Of a stretch of 64,000 bases of DNA, positions 9,879 through 20,706 are shown one piece after another; the stretch's first letter is position 1, and each line of letters begins with the position of its first letter. The stretch lies in sequence record ON528735. One strand, 5' to 3'. The DNA comes from Shigella phage ESh25. The position numbers and the translations under genes are program-made. The notes below the pieces were generated by a model. That model had not been told where the DNA came from, did no database searches, and worked only from the letters and a program-made list of their open reading frames with translations.

Positions 9879-10631
9879 ATGGCAAACATTATTCGTTGTA
9901 AATTACCAGATGGTGTTCATCGTTTTAAACCATTTACGGTAGAAGATTATCGAGATTTTTTGTTAGTTCGAAACGATATAGAACATCGGTCACCACAAGA
10001 ACAAAAAGAAGTAATTGCTGATTTAATTGCTGATTATTTTGGAGACTATCCAAAGACTTGGCAACCATTTATATTTTTGCAGGTATTTGTAGGGTCAATA
10101 GGTAAAACTAAAGTACCAGTCACATTTGTATGTCCAAAATGTAAAAAAGAAAAGACAGTTCCATTTGAAATATACCAAAAAGAATTAAAGGAGCCTGTTT
10201 TTGATATAGCTAATGTTAAAATTAAATTAAAGTTTCCTTCTGAGTTTTATGAAAATAAAGCAAAGATGATTACTGAAAATATTCATTCTGTTCAAGTAGA
10301 TGAAATATGGTATGATTGGAAGGAAATTAGCGAATCAAGTCAAATAGAACTTGTTGATGCCATCGAGATAGAAACATTAGAAAAAATTCTCGATGCAATG
10401 AATCCTATTAATTTAACATTGCACATGTCGTGTTGTGATAAGTACATTAAAAAATACACTGATATAGTAGATGTGTTTAAGCTATTAGTTAATCCAGATG
10501 AGATATTTACTTTTTATCAAATTAATCACACACTCGTAAAAAGTAATTATAGCTTAAATTCAATAATGAAAATGATTCCTGCCGAGCGCGGATTCGTATT
10601 AAAACTGATTGAGAAGGATAAACAACAATGA
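9879..10631 (+). CDS. 51: Baseplate hub assembly protein gp51
   Basis: 250 aa; synteny; late promoter upstream. Confidence 0.9.
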   Translation: MANIIRCKLPDGVHRFKPFTVEDYRDFLLVRNDIEHRSPQEQKEVIADLIADYFGDYPKTWQPFIFLQVFVGSIGKTKVPVTFVCPKCKKEKTVPFEIYQKELKEPVFDIANVKIKLKFPSEFYENKAKMITENIHSVQVDEIWYDWKEISESSQIELVDAIEIETLEKILDAMNPINLTLHMSCCDKYIKKYTDIVDVFKLLVNPDEIFTFYQINHTLVKSNYSLNSIMKMIPAERGFVLKLIEKDKQQ

Positions 10632-11800
10632 GTATGTTGCAACGCCCCGGATATCCAAATCTCAGCGTTAAATTATTTGAGAGTTATGACGCTTGGAGTA
10701 ATAATAGATTTGTTGAATTAGCTGCTACTATTACCACATTAACTATGCGTGACTCTCTTTATGGTCGAAATGAAGGAATGCTACAATTTTATGATTCTAA
10801 AAACATTCATACAAAAATGGATGGAAATGAAATAATTCAGATTTCTGTAGCTAATGCAAACGATATTAATAATGTTAAAACACGAATTTATGGATGCAAG
10901 CATTTTTCCGTGTCAGTAGATTCAAAAGGCGATAACATCATTGCTATTGAATTGGGAACTATTCATTCTATAGAAAATCTTAAATTTGGTAGACCGTTTT
11001 TCCCTGATGCAGGTGAATCTATAAAAGAAATGCTTGGCGTCATTTATCAAGACCGTACATTATTAACTCCAGCTATAAATGCTATAAATGCTTATGTTCC
11101 TGATATTCCGTGGACTAGCACATTTGAAAACTATTTGTCATATGTAAGAGAAGTTGCTCTAGCTGTAGGAAGTGACAAATTTGTATTTGTGTGGCAAGAC
11201 ATCATGGGAGTTAACATGATGGACTATGATATGATGATAAATCAAGAACCATATCCAATGATTGTAGGTGAGCCAACTTTAATAGGTCAATTCATCCAAG
11301 AATTGAAATATCCATTAGCATATGATTTTGTTTGGTTGACTAAATCAAACCCGCATAAACGTGATCCAATGAAAAATGCTACTATCTATGCGCATTCGTT
11401 TTTGGATTCTTCATTGCCAATGATTACTACAGGAAAGGGTGAAAACTCTATTGTAGTGTCAAGGTCAGGTGCTTATTCTGAAATGACTTATAGGAATGGC
11501 TATGAAGAAGCTATTCGTCTTCAAACTATGGCGCAATATGATGGCTATGCTAAATGTTCTACTGTCGGTAATTTTAACTTGACTCCTGGTGTTAAAATTA
11601 TTTTTAATGATAGTAAAAACCAATTTAAAACAGAATTTTACGTTGATGAAGTTATCCATGAATTATCAAATAATAATTCAGTAACTCATCTATATATGTT
11701 CACTAATGCAACGAAACTGGAAACAATAGACCCAGTTAAGGTTAAAAATGAATTTAAATCTGATACTACCACTGAAGAAAGTAGTTCTTCCAATAAGTAA
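10628..11800 (+). CDS. 27: Baseplate hub protein gp27
   Basis: 390 aa (T4 391); start overlaps the gene 51 stop. Confidence 0.9.
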   Translation: MSMLQRPGYPNLSVKLFESYDAWSNNRFVELAATITTLTMRDSLYGRNEGMLQFYDSKNIHTKMDGNEIIQISVANANDINNVKTRIYGCKHFSVSVDSKGDNIIAIELGTIHSIENLKFGRPFFPDAGESIKEMLGVIYQDRTLLTPAINAINAYVPDIPWTSTFENYLSYVREVALAVGSDKFVFVWQDIMGVNMMDYDMMINQEPYPMIVGEPTLIGQFIQELKYPLAYDFVWLTKSNPHKRDPMKNATIYAHSFLDSSLPMITTGKGENSIVVSRSGAYSEMTYRNGYEEAIRLQTMAQYDGYAKCSTVGNFNLTPGVKIIFNDSKNQFKTEFYVDEVIHELSNNNSVTHLYMFTNATKLETIDPVKVKNEFKSDTTTEESSSSNK

Positions 11801-12281
11801 TAAAGAAGTTTCTATTCCTAAGATGGGTCTTAAACATTATAACATTTTAAAAGATGTTAAAGGTCCTGATGAAAATTTAAAACTTCTTATTGATTCTATT
11901 TGTCCGAATTTATCACCGGCAGAAGTTGATTTCGTTTCTATTCATTTATTGGAATTTAATGGAAAGATTAAATCTCGTAAAGAAATAGATGGTTATACTT
12001 ATGATATTAATGACGTTTATGTATGTCAAAGATTGGAATTTCAATACCAAGGAAATACATTTTATTTTAGACCTCCTGGAAAATTTGAACAATTTTTAAC
12101 TGTAAGCGATATGTTATCCAAATGCTTGCTTAAGGTCAATGATGAAGTTAAAGAAATTAATTTTCTTGAGATGCCAGCATTTGTTTTAAAATGGGCAAAT
12201 GATATTTCTACAACTTTAGCAATTCCTGGCCCTAATGGTCCAATAACCGGAATTGGCAATATTATTGGATTATTTGAATGA
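11748..12281 (+). CDS. 28: Baseplate hub distal subunit gp28
   Basis: 177 aa as T4 gp28; start lies 53 nt inside the gene 27 3' end in another frame. Confidence 0.85.
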   Translation: MNLNLILPLKKVVLPISNKEVSIPKMGLKHYNILKDVKGPDENLKLLIDSICPNLSPAEVDFVSIHLLEFNGKIKSRKEIDGYTYDINDVYVCQRLEFQYQGNTFYFRPPGKFEQFLTVSDMLSKCLLKVNDEVKEINFLEMPAFVLKWANDISTTLAIPGPNGPITGIGNIIGLFE

Positions 12282-14050
12282 AAAAGCCACAAGAAATGCA
12301 AACGATGCGTAGAAAAGTTATTTCAGATAATAAACCAACACAGGAAGCGGCTAAATCCGCTTCTAATACTTTATCTGGTCTTAATGACATTTCTACAAAA
12401 TTAGATGATGCTCAAGCTGCCTCTGAATTAATAGCTCAGACTGTTGAAGAAAAATCAAATGAAATAGTTGGAGCAATTGATAACGTTGAAAGCGCAGTAA
12501 GTGATACTACTGCCGGTTCTGAGTTAATTGCCGAGACTGTTGAAATTGGCAATAATATCAATAAAGAAATAGGCGAATCACTCGGAAGCAAATTAGATAA
12601 ATTAACGAGTTTATTAGAACAAAAAATTCAAACAGCTGGAATTCAACAGACTGGAACGAGTTTAGCAGTAGTCGAAAATGCTATTCCTGTTAAAGTCGTC
12701 GAGGATGATACAGCTGAATCTGTGGGTCCTTTATTACCGGCTCCTGAAGCAGTTAATAATGATCCTGATGCTGATTTTTTCCCTACTCCTAAGCCAATTG
12801 AACCAAAACAAGAGTCTCCAGAAGAGAAGCAAAAAAGAGACGCATTTAACTTAAAATTATCTCAAGCTTTAGATAAATTAACAAAGACAGTTGATTTCGG
12901 ATTTAAGAAATCTATTTCAATTACTGATAAAATATCTAGCATGCTATTTAAGTATACCGTCAGTGCTGCTATTGAAGCTGCTAAAATGGTTGCATTGATA
13001 ATGGCTGTTGTTATTGGAATAGACCTGCTGATGGTTCATTTTAAATACTGGTCAGATAAATTTTCAAAAGCCTGGGATTTATTTAGCACTGATTTTAAAA
13101 CTTTCTCAAGCGAAACAGGAACTTGGGGCCCTTTATTACAAAGCATCTTTGAATCTATTGATGAAATTAAAAAGTTCTGGGAAGCTGGAGATTGGGGCGG
13201 ATTAACAGTAGCTATTGTTGAAGGGCTTGGAAGTGTTCTTTATAATTTAGGAGAGCTTATTCAACTTGGAATGGCTAAATTATCTGCGGCAATTCTTCGA
13301 GTTATTCCTGGTATGAAGGATACTGCTGATGAAGTAGAAGGAAGAGCACTAGAAAATTTCCAAAATACTACAAATGCTTCTCTTAGCAAAGAAGACCAAG
13401 AAAAAGTTGCAAATTATCAATATAAAAGAATGAATGGCGATCTTGGTCCAATAGCAAAAGGGCTAGACAAAATTGCGAACTGGAAAACTCGTGCATCTAA
13501 CTGGATTCGTGGTGTTGATAATAAAGAAGCACTAACGACTGATGAAGAGAGAGCAGAGGAAGAAGAAAAATTAAAGCAACTTTCTCCGGAGGAAGCTAAA
13601 ATTGCTTTAATGAAAGCTAATGAAGCTCGTGCTGCTATGAATCGTTTTGATGAATACGCTAATTCAGCTGATATGAGTAAAGACTCAACGGTTAAATCAG
13701 TTGAATCTGCCTATGAAGACCTTAAAAAACGGATGGATGACCCGGATTTAAATAATTCACCGGCAGTTAAAAAAGAACTTGCTTCTAGATTTGCTAAAAT
13801 TGATGCTACTTATCAAGAGCTCAAGAAAAATCAGCCTAATGCCAAACCTGAAACTTCTGCTAAATCACCAGAAGCGAAACAGGTCCAGGTTATTGAAAAG
13901 AACAAAGCACAGCAAGCTCCTGTTCAACAAGCATCTCCTTCGATCAATAATACTAATAATGTTATTAAGAAAAATACTGTCGTTCATAATATGACACCCG
14001 TAACGAGCACGACTGCTCCTGGTGTATTTGATGCGACTGGAGTTAATTAA
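12278..14050 (+). CDS. 29: Tail tape-measure / baseplate hub protein gp29
   Basis: 590 aa as T4 gp29; coiled-coil rich. Confidence 0.9.
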   Translation: MKKPQEMQTMRRKVISDNKPTQEAAKSASNTLSGLNDISTKLDDAQAASELIAQTVEEKSNEIVGAIDNVESAVSDTTAGSELIAETVEIGNNINKEIGESLGSKLDKLTSLLEQKIQTAGIQQTGTSLAVVENAIPVKVVEDDTAESVGPLLPAPEAVNNDPDADFFPTPKPIEPKQESPEEKQKRDAFNLKLSQALDKLTKTVDFGFKKSISITDKISSMLFKYTVSAAIEAAKMVALIMAVVIGIDLLMVHFKYWSDKFSKAWDLFSTDFKTFSSETGTWGPLLQSIFESIDEIKKFWEAGDWGGLTVAIVEGLGSVLYNLGELIQLGMAKLSAAILRVIPGMKDTADEVEGRALENFQNTTNASLSKEDQEKVANYQYKRMNGDLGPIAKGLDKIANWKTRASNWIRGVDNKEALTTDEERAEEEEKLKQLSPEEAKIALMKANEARAAMNRFDEYANSADMSKDSTVKSVESAYEDLKKRMDDPDLNNSPAVKKELASRFAKIDATYQELKKNQPNAKPETSAKSPEAKQVQVIEKNKAQQAPVQQASPSINNTNNVIKKNTVVHNMTPVTSTTAPGVFDATGVN

Positions 14051-14058
14051 GGAATAAT

Positions 14059-15153
14059 ATGGCAATTGTTAAAGAAATAACTGCTGATTTAATTAAAAAG
14101 TCCGGTGAGAAAATTTCAGCCGGACAGAGTACTAAATCAGAAGTAGGAACTAAAACATACACAGCCCAGTTTCCAACTGGGCGTGCTAGTGGTAATGACA
14201 CTACAGGGGACTTCCAGGTAACAGATCTATATAAGAATGGATTATTATTTACTGCATACAATATGTCATCTAGGGATTCTGGAAGTCTTAGAACGATGAG
14301 ATCTAACTACTCTTCTTCATCTTCGAGTATTTTACGTACAGCCAGAAACACTATCAGTAATACAGTATCAAAACTATCAAATGGACTAATATCAGATAAT
14401 AATTCAGGAACAATAAGTAAAGTTCCTGTTGCAAATATTCTTTTACCTAGATCTAAATCTGACGTCGATACGTCATCACATAGATTTAATGATGTTCAAG
14501 ATAGTCTTATTACAAAAGGTGGAGGTACTGCTACTGGCGTGTTAAGCAATATGGCTTCAACTGCAGTATTTGGAGCACTGGAAAGTATAACACAAGGTAT
14601 AATGGCTGATAATAATGAACAGATTTATACGACAGCCAGAAGTATGTATGGTGGTGCTGAGAATAGAACTAAAGTGTTCACTTGGGATTTGACTCCGCGT
14701 TCCACAGAAGATTTAATGGCTATTATTAATATCTATCAATATTTTAACTATTTTTCTTATGGTGAAACGGGTAAATCTCAATATGCTGCTGAAATAAAAG
14801 GATATCTAGATGAGTGGTATCGCTCTACTTTTATTGAGCCATTAACTCCAGAAGATGCAGTTAAAAATAAGACGTTATTTGAGAAAATGACATCGAGTTT
14901 AACTAACGTTCTTGTAGTTTCAAACCCGACAATTTGGATGGTGAAAAACTTTGGTGCAACATCTAAGTTTGATGGAAAAACGGAAATATTCGGTCCATGT
15001 CAAATCCAGAGTATCAGATTTGATAAAACACCTAATGGTAACTTTAACGGATTAGCTATTGCTCCAAATCTCCCTAGTACATTTACTCTCGAGATTACTA
15101 TGAGAGAAATTATCACGTTAAACCGTGCTTCTTTATATGCGGGGACTTTTTAA
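14059..15153 (+). CDS. 48: Baseplate tail-tube junction protein gp48
   Basis: 364 aa as T4 gp48. Confidence 0.9.
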   Translation: MAIVKEITADLIKKSGEKISAGQSTKSEVGTKTYTAQFPTGRASGNDTTGDFQVTDLYKNGLLFTAYNMSSRDSGSLRTMRSNYSSSSSSILRTARNTISNTVSKLSNGLISDNNSGTISKVPVANILLPRSKSDVDTSSHRFNDVQDSLITKGGGTATGVLSNMASTAVFGALESITQGIMADNNEQIYTTARSMYGGAENRTKVFTWDLTPRSTEDLMAIINIYQYFNYFSYGETGKSQYAAEIKGYLDEWYRSTFIEPLTPEDAVKNKTLFEKMTSSLTNVLVVSNPTIWMVKNFGATSKFDGKTEIFGPCQIQSIRFDKTPNGNFNGLAIAPNLPSTFTLEITMREIITLNRASLYAGTF

Positions 15154-16118
15154 TGTATTCTTTAGAGGAATTTAATAATCAAGCAATAAACGCAGATTTC
15201 CAACGTAATAATATGTTCAGCTGTGTTTTTGCTACAACTCCATCAACTAAAAGCTCTTCGTTGATAAGTTCAATTAGCAACTTTTCTTATAATAACTTGG
15301 GCCTAAATTCAGATTGGTTAGGATTAACTCAAGGCGATATTAATCAGGGAATTACTACGCTAATTACAGCTGGCACACAAAAACTGATAAGAAAATCAGG
15401 GGTTAGTAAATATCTTATTGGTGCCATGAGTCAACGTACAGTTCAAAGTTTATTAGGCTCATTTACAGTTGGTACATATTTAATTGACTTCTTTAACATG
15501 GCATATAACTCATCTGGATTGATGATATACTCTGTAAAAATGCCAGAGAATAGATTATCCTATGAAACTGACTGGAACTATAATTCTCCTAATATTCGTA
15601 TAACTGGGAGAGAATTAGATCCTTTGGTTATTTCATTTAGAATGGATTCAGAAGCTTGTAACTATCGTGCAATGCAAGACTGGGTTAACGCTGTTCAAGA
15701 CCCAGTAACTGGATTGCGTGCTTTGCCGCAAGATGTCGAGGCAGATATTCAGGTTAATCTTCATTCTCGCAATGGATTACCACATACTGCGGTGATGTTC
15801 ACTGGATGCATTCCAGTGTCCGTAAGCGCTCCTGAGTTATCATATGATGGAGATAACCAAATAACTACATTTGATGTTACTTTTGCGTATAGAGTGATGC
15901 AGGCTGGAGCAGTTGATAGACAAGCTGCCCTTGAATGGCTTGAATCTGCTACTATAAATGGTATTCAAAGCGTTCTCGGAAATAGTGGAGGTGTTACTGG
16001 ACTATCTAATTCGCTTTCACGACTTAGTAGATTAGGGGGAACTGCAGGAAGCATTTCAAATATTAATACTATGACAGGAATTGTCAATTCGCAAAGTAAA
16101 ATATTAGGAGCAATATAA
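15153..16118 (+). CDS. 54: Baseplate tail-tube initiator gp54
   Basis: 321 aa; start overlaps the gene 48 stop. Confidence 0.9.
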   Translation: MYSLEEFNNQAINADFQRNNMFSCVFATTPSTKSSSLISSISNFSYNNLGLNSDWLGLTQGDINQGITTLITAGTQKLIRKSGVSKYLIGAMSQRTVQSLLGSFTVGTYLIDFFNMAYNSSGLMIYSVKMPENRLSYETDWNYNSPNIRITGRELDPLVISFRMDSEACNYRAMQDWVNAVQDPVTGLRALPQDVEADIQVNLHSRNGLPHTAVMFTGCIPVSVSAPELSYDGDNQITTFDVTFAYRVMQAGAVDRQAALEWLESATINGIQSVLGNSGGVTGLSNSLSRLSRLGGTAGSISNINTMTGIVNSQSKILGAI

Positions 16119-16121
16119 CAA

Positions 16122-16146
16122 TGGGGACCTTTCGGTCCCCATATTT
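16122..16146. terminator. Terminator between gene 54 and alt.-3 (convergent)
   Basis: ggggacc-tttc-ggtcccc hairpin then T-rich tract. Confidence 0.65.
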
Positions 16147-16437
16147 TTATTTACGGAATGAAATAAAAGCAGCAACTGAAGCAACAGAGGTTTCTTCAAT
16201 ATAAACCTCAATTTTTACCGGAGCTTCTGACTCAAATTTACCTGTTACTACACCTTGGAAAATACTTTCAGTCTGTTCTGGCTTTGAAAAATTTTCAGAA
16301 GGAAAAATTCCGAACTTTTTATCGGTTCCGAAAATTTTAATAAATTCATCATAAACTGCTTCATTGAAAGCGTTATCAGCAGGAATAACGCCTTCAACTA
16401 CAAGTTCTTGACCTAAAAAGCGTAAAGAAGATTTCAT
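16147..16437 (-). CDS. Hypothetical protein (alt.-3 position)
   Basis: 96 aa; preceded by early promoter cassette and RBS. Confidence 0.6.
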   Translation of the reverse strand: MKSSLRFLGQELVVEGVIPADNAFNEAVYDEFIKIFGTDKKFGIFPSENFSKPEQTESIFQGVVTGKFESEAPVKIEVYIEETSVASVAAFISFRK

Positions 16438-16445
16438 TTTGTGTT

Positions 16446-16498
16446 CCTCATGTTATGTCAGTAAGATTACTATAACACAACACGAGGGACTTGTAAAC
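16446..16498 (-). repeat. 53-bp dispersed repeat, copy 1 (promoter-leader cassette)
   Basis: cctcatgttatgtcagtaaga(t)tactataacacaacacgagggacttgtaaac; second copy at 31770-31822 differs at one base. Confidence 0.7.
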
Positions 16499-16500
16499 TA
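16465..16500 (-). promoter_or_regulatory. Early promoter cassette upstream of alt.-3
   Basis: Minus strand GTTTAC, 18 nt, TATAGT, then leader and GAGGAA RBS; part of a 53-bp repeat. Confidence 0.6.
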
Positions 16501-18555
16501 CATTTTGAACTTTTTAGACATTCCGTTGATGTTAACCAAAGAAGCTAAGATTTGAGAAACTTCGCTTTCCTCTTCTTTTGATTCTTCTACAAGGAATTGA
16601 TTAAATCCAGCCATTGGACGAAATTCACCAGTTTCCATTAGATGGTCGCCATCATATACTGATTCTTCTAATTGTTCAGAAGGAGGAACGATTGTACCTT
16701 CGATTAGATACTTATTATAAGCAGTTTCTTTCATAAAGTAAGTACTTACTTTATTAATCTTCAGTAAAATTCCACGTGGTAGAATAACTTCAGCTTCTGA
16801 TGGAAATCCTGACAAATGACCTGGAACGATAACTTTAACTCGTTCAGCTCCTTTAATTACCATACCCACGCTAGTTTCTGCATCTTCATTAGCATATGTA
16901 GAATGACTACCCATATGCATCAAATCTTCTGCATCAACGGAACCTTCTCCTTCACCAGAAAATACTGCGCCGGAATCATCTAGAGCCATATAGTTTTTAC
17001 CATGCTCACCGAAGATATTTGGTTTAAGCGATGTGGATACGAAGTTCTTGAAATAGAACATTTTGTTTTCAATGTTATGACGCAAAGTTTTAAATGTAAC
17101 TTCTTGTCCACGGTAAAGTGTAGTTCCTGGAGGAAGAACTGAACCTTTAGCGAATGCAGAATCAAGCGTCTCGATGTGCTTAATAGCACGTTCCATATAT
17201 TCTTCACGGGTAGAATCCGGTTTACCTAAAAGGAACGAGTTCATTTCAACATATGAATCTGCGCAATAATCTTCAATTACATCAGACTCAGCCTGAGTCA
17301 ATCCTTTTGGAGTTACTTCAGTGCTTGCATATTCATACGCCTGAGCAGCGGATTCATCAATTAATTTATAAATTCCATTCATTACAAATTGAATAATAGC
17401 TGTCTTTTCATCTGGCGTAGCTTTAGAACCTTTAACTAAATCATTGATAATTTTCTTAATAACATCAAAACTATTAGAAATATTAATATCAGCAAGATCG
17501 CTTAAAATTTTATCAGTTTTATAATCAAAGAATTCTTTATTCTTTAAATATTCTTGAGAACCTTGATATGTTATATCGCTCTGCAACTTGATAGATGGAT
17601 CACGTAAACGTGCATGGGCTAATGCAATATGATTTCGGAAGCTTTCTAGTTCATAATCGTTAGATTTAAAACGAGAAGCACTTCTCATACCACCGATAGC
17701 TCCTTTGCTGAAGTTTGAACCAATCTGAATAACGCCAGAGTTCATTGGTCCTTCTGCTTTATATACCGGAACTTTAGATTCAAACTCTTGATATTTCTTA
17801 GCAGCGAAGCTATCACCCTGAAGTGAAGCATCAACAGTAGAATATTGAGCTTGTGCTGCTAATCGACGACTAATTTTAGTTTTCTGAATAACAGCTTGAT
17901 CCGTACGCTTATCATTTTCTAAAGCAATAGAAGCAGCAACTGCGACAGCTTTAGGAACAGCATTACCTGTTTTAACGTCTACATAAACATCACCGACTTT
18001 CGATTCAACTTTTGTGAATAACTCAGTTGAAATAGGAGGTACACCTGGAATGTCTTCTAAATTGGCATTTTTACGGTAAACCATAATATATGCATATTTC
18101 TTATCATAGTCCCAGATTTCCTTTAAAAGAACATATCGACCTGCTCCTTTAGTACGTACTAAACGGTCAGCAATAACTTGCATTTGACGAGCAGCGCCGT
18201 TTGTTTTACTTTTTAGTACGCGGAATAGGCATGCATCAATTTTATACTGTTTCATTGTTTGAAGAGCAGTATCAAAAACCGCATTAATGACACCAATTGG
18301 ATTTCCACCCAAGTTTTTAAGCTTAACTAACGATAATTTCTCGTTGACGCCTATCATTACGATATGCATCATTTTGTCGCCTGGCTTAACGTTTTTATTC
18401 GTATCACCGCCAGAGGTGTATGTACAAAATCGAAATCCAGGAAGAACGCTTTCTTCACCGGCTTGAATAGCAAAAATTTGAGGTATTTTATGCTTAGGAT
18501 TTAAGTTAACAACCGGCGCCGAAGCGCCGTCAAATAATTCTGTAATAAGTTCCAT
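16498..18555 (-). CDS. Alt-like ADP-ribosyltransferase, second full-length paralog
   Basis: 685 aa; N-terminus almost identical to Alt; ART triad elements LYRGQ, FVSTSL, AEVILPRG. Confidence 0.85.
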   Translation of the reverse strand: MELITELFDGASAPVVNLNPKHKIPQIFAIQAGEESVLPGFRFCTYTSGGDTNKNVKPGDKMMHIVMIGVNEKLSLVKLKNLGGNPIGVINAVFDTALQTMKQYKIDACLFRVLKSKTNGAARQMQVIADRLVRTKGAGRYVLLKEIWDYDKKYAYIMVYRKNANLEDIPGVPPISTELFTKVESKVGDVYVDVKTGNAVPKAVAVAASIALENDKRTDQAVIQKTKISRRLAAQAQYSTVDASLQGDSFAAKKYQEFESKVPVYKAEGPMNSGVIQIGSNFSKGAIGGMRSASRFKSNDYELESFRNHIALAHARLRDPSIKLQSDITYQGSQEYLKNKEFFDYKTDKILSDLADINISNSFDVIKKIINDLVKGSKATPDEKTAIIQFVMNGIYKLIDESAAQAYEYASTEVTPKGLTQAESDVIEDYCADSYVEMNSFLLGKPDSTREEYMERAIKHIETLDSAFAKGSVLPPGTTLYRGQEVTFKTLRHNIENKMFYFKNFVSTSLKPNIFGEHGKNYMALDDSGAVFSGEGEGSVDAEDLMHMGSHSTYANEDAETSVGMVIKGAERVKVIVPGHLSGFPSEAEVILPRGILLKINKVSTYFMKETAYNKYLIEGTIVPPSEQLEESVYDGDHLMETGEFRPMAGFNQFLVEESKEEESEVSQILASLVNINGMSKKFKM

Positions 18556-18558
18556 GAT

Positions 18559-20655
18559 TTATCCTTGAACGAACTTGTAAGGCATGTTTGTAATATCTAT
18601 GCAAGACGCAATAATTCCAAGAGATGATTCTACTTTCTGTTTAACGTTTGATGAAACAAATGATGCAAAGTCAACTCTGTCTTCTATTTCAATATCACCT
18701 GTCATTGCAACTACTTCACCGGTTTCCATTAAATGGTCTCCGTCATAGATTACCGATTCGGTGAGCTCTTCCGTGGTCATAACTTCAGCTTGAATGAGTT
18801 TTGTATTATTAGATGTTGTTCCGTCATTATTAGAAGCATCAGTTATTTTATTAACTTTGACCATCAATCCACGCGGTAGAATAACTTCAGCTTCTGTTGC
18901 TATTCCGAGACTTCCTGGATATACAACATTAACTTTATGAGCTCCATCAATTGCCCATCCTATTTGAACTTTAACGTATTCAGGATTTTCTTTATACGCT
19001 CTTATTTCGTTTGGATTAATAGTTATTCCTTCTTCATTTTTATCAACTGTTAATTCATTGCGAGCTTCTGGTTCTAAAAGACCAATACCAGCATGTGTGA
19101 TTCCAAAACGTCCAAAAATGATAGGAGTTAAAGAAGTAGATACAAAATTTCTGAAGTAGAACACTTTATTTTTAACTAACGCTTCATATATAGGAGCAGT
19201 CATACTTTGAGCACGATAAACTGTAATGCCTTCTGGTATACGGTCACCATTTTCAAAAGCTGAATCTAAGTTATTTATAGCAGATTCAATTTCTTTTTCA
19301 CTCATTACATCATATCGTTCTGGATTGTAGCGGCCTAAAAGAAGATTATTGATGTCAGTATATCCTGAACCGCAATATTCTCTAATGCCACGCTTTTGCG
19401 ATGGAGTATATTTAGAACCATCACGGGCAATAGTAATATCAATCATTGGACCTGCACCAATTCCGGAAAAGCTATAAATCATTCGTTTGAGGAATTTAGT
19501 TTTTGCTGCGTTCCAAGAATTTTTAGTTATTTCTTCCCAGACTTCATCTGGCTGCCCTTTACGAGTTTTATTATGTTTATCAAGCCAATTATCTTTATAT
19601 TCTTCAAAGAATTGATTAACAGCTGCTGCGTATTTCTCTAAACATTTTATTGAAGTAGTTGGTTCATTTTTAATCGCATTAAGAATTACATCTTTAATTT
19701 TTTCAGAAACTTCATTAACCTCACTTTTTGAAAAGAATTTATAGTCATAGTGAAGTTCATCTGCAGTTCCTTCGGCAATAATTTTTGCTGCCTTAGTTTT
19801 AGAAGCTAATGAATTAATTCCAAGCTTCATTTCTTCTGCTTCGGGAATTAAAGGAGCGGTAGCAGGTTTATTAAAATTAGCTGCTGTAGATTCATACTTC
19901 TGGAATAATTCACTTTCAAATCTAGAAGATTCCAATGATTGACTTTGCGCAATTGCTCTACGGGAAATTTTAACTTTAACGATTACAGCTTGGTCAGAAC
20001 GTTTATCATTTTCTTGTGCAATAGATGCTGCAATTGCCTCATTTTTAGTTACTTGAGCTCCAGTATCTTTATTGATATAAACATCACCAACCTTCGATTC
20101 AACTTTAGTAAAGAGCTCGGTACTAATTTCAGGAACTCCTGGAATGTCTTCTAATGATACGTTTTTGCGATGTATAAGAATATATGCATACTTTTTATCG
20201 TAATCCCAGAGTTCCTTAAGAAGGACGTATCTGCCACCTGAACGACTACGGATAAGTCTATCAGCAATAACTTGAATTTGTCGAGCTTGGCCAGCAGTTT
20301 TAGACTTAAGAATACGAAGCATACAAGCATCAATTTTATATTGACGCATTGTTTGCATTGCAACAGTAAAAACTGAATTGATATAATTAATTGGGCTTGG
20401 ACCAAGACCTTTTAATTTAGCAATTGAACCTTTAGCAGTTAATGTAAAAGGAACAATATGCATCATTTTATCGCCCATCTTTAAATCACGATTAGTATCA
20501 CCTCCAGATGTATAGGTACATAAACGAAAGCCTGGTTGTTCAATTGCATCATCAACATGAACTGAAAAAATTTGCGGTATTTTCTTCTTTGGATTTAAGT
20601 TTGTAATCGGAAGAGTAGTATCTTCGTCAAATAATTCTGTAATAAGTTCCATCAT
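18559..20655 (-). CDS. alt: Alt ADP-ribosyltransferase (injected internal head protein)
   Basis: 698 aa; ART R-S-E elements VYRAQ, FVSTSL, AEVILPRG; position next to gene 30 as in T4. Confidence 0.85.
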   Translation of the reverse strand: MMELITELFDEDTTLPITNLNPKKKIPQIFSVHVDDAIEQPGFRLCTYTSGGDTNRDLKMGDKMMHIVPFTLTAKGSIAKLKGLGPSPINYINSVFTVAMQTMRQYKIDACMLRILKSKTAGQARQIQVIADRLIRSRSGGRYVLLKELWDYDKKYAYILIHRKNVSLEDIPGVPEISTELFTKVESKVGDVYINKDTGAQVTKNEAIAASIAQENDKRSDQAVIVKVKISRRAIAQSQSLESSRFESELFQKYESTAANFNKPATAPLIPEAEEMKLGINSLASKTKAAKIIAEGTADELHYDYKFFSKSEVNEVSEKIKDVILNAIKNEPTTSIKCLEKYAAAVNQFFEEYKDNWLDKHNKTRKGQPDEVWEEITKNSWNAAKTKFLKRMIYSFSGIGAGPMIDITIARDGSKYTPSQKRGIREYCGSGYTDINNLLLGRYNPERYDVMSEKEIESAINNLDSAFENGDRIPEGITVYRAQSMTAPIYEALVKNKVFYFRNFVSTSLTPIIFGRFGITHAGIGLLEPEARNELTVDKNEEGITINPNEIRAYKENPEYVKVQIGWAIDGAHKVNVVYPGSLGIATEAEVILPRGLMVKVNKITDASNNDGTTSNNTKLIQAEVMTTEELTESVIYDGDHLMETGEVVAMTGDIEIEDRVDFASFVSSNVKQKVESSLGIIASCIDITNMPYKFVQG

Positions 20656-20683
20656 AGCCTCTCTAGTGTTTATTCTATTTATA

Positions 20684-20706
20684 AAATTAAAGGCCCGAAG
20701 GCCTTT
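20684..20706 (-). terminator. Hairpin/terminator upstream of alt
   Basis: aaggcc-cgaa-ggcctt hairpin with T-rich flank on the minus strand. Confidence 0.45.
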
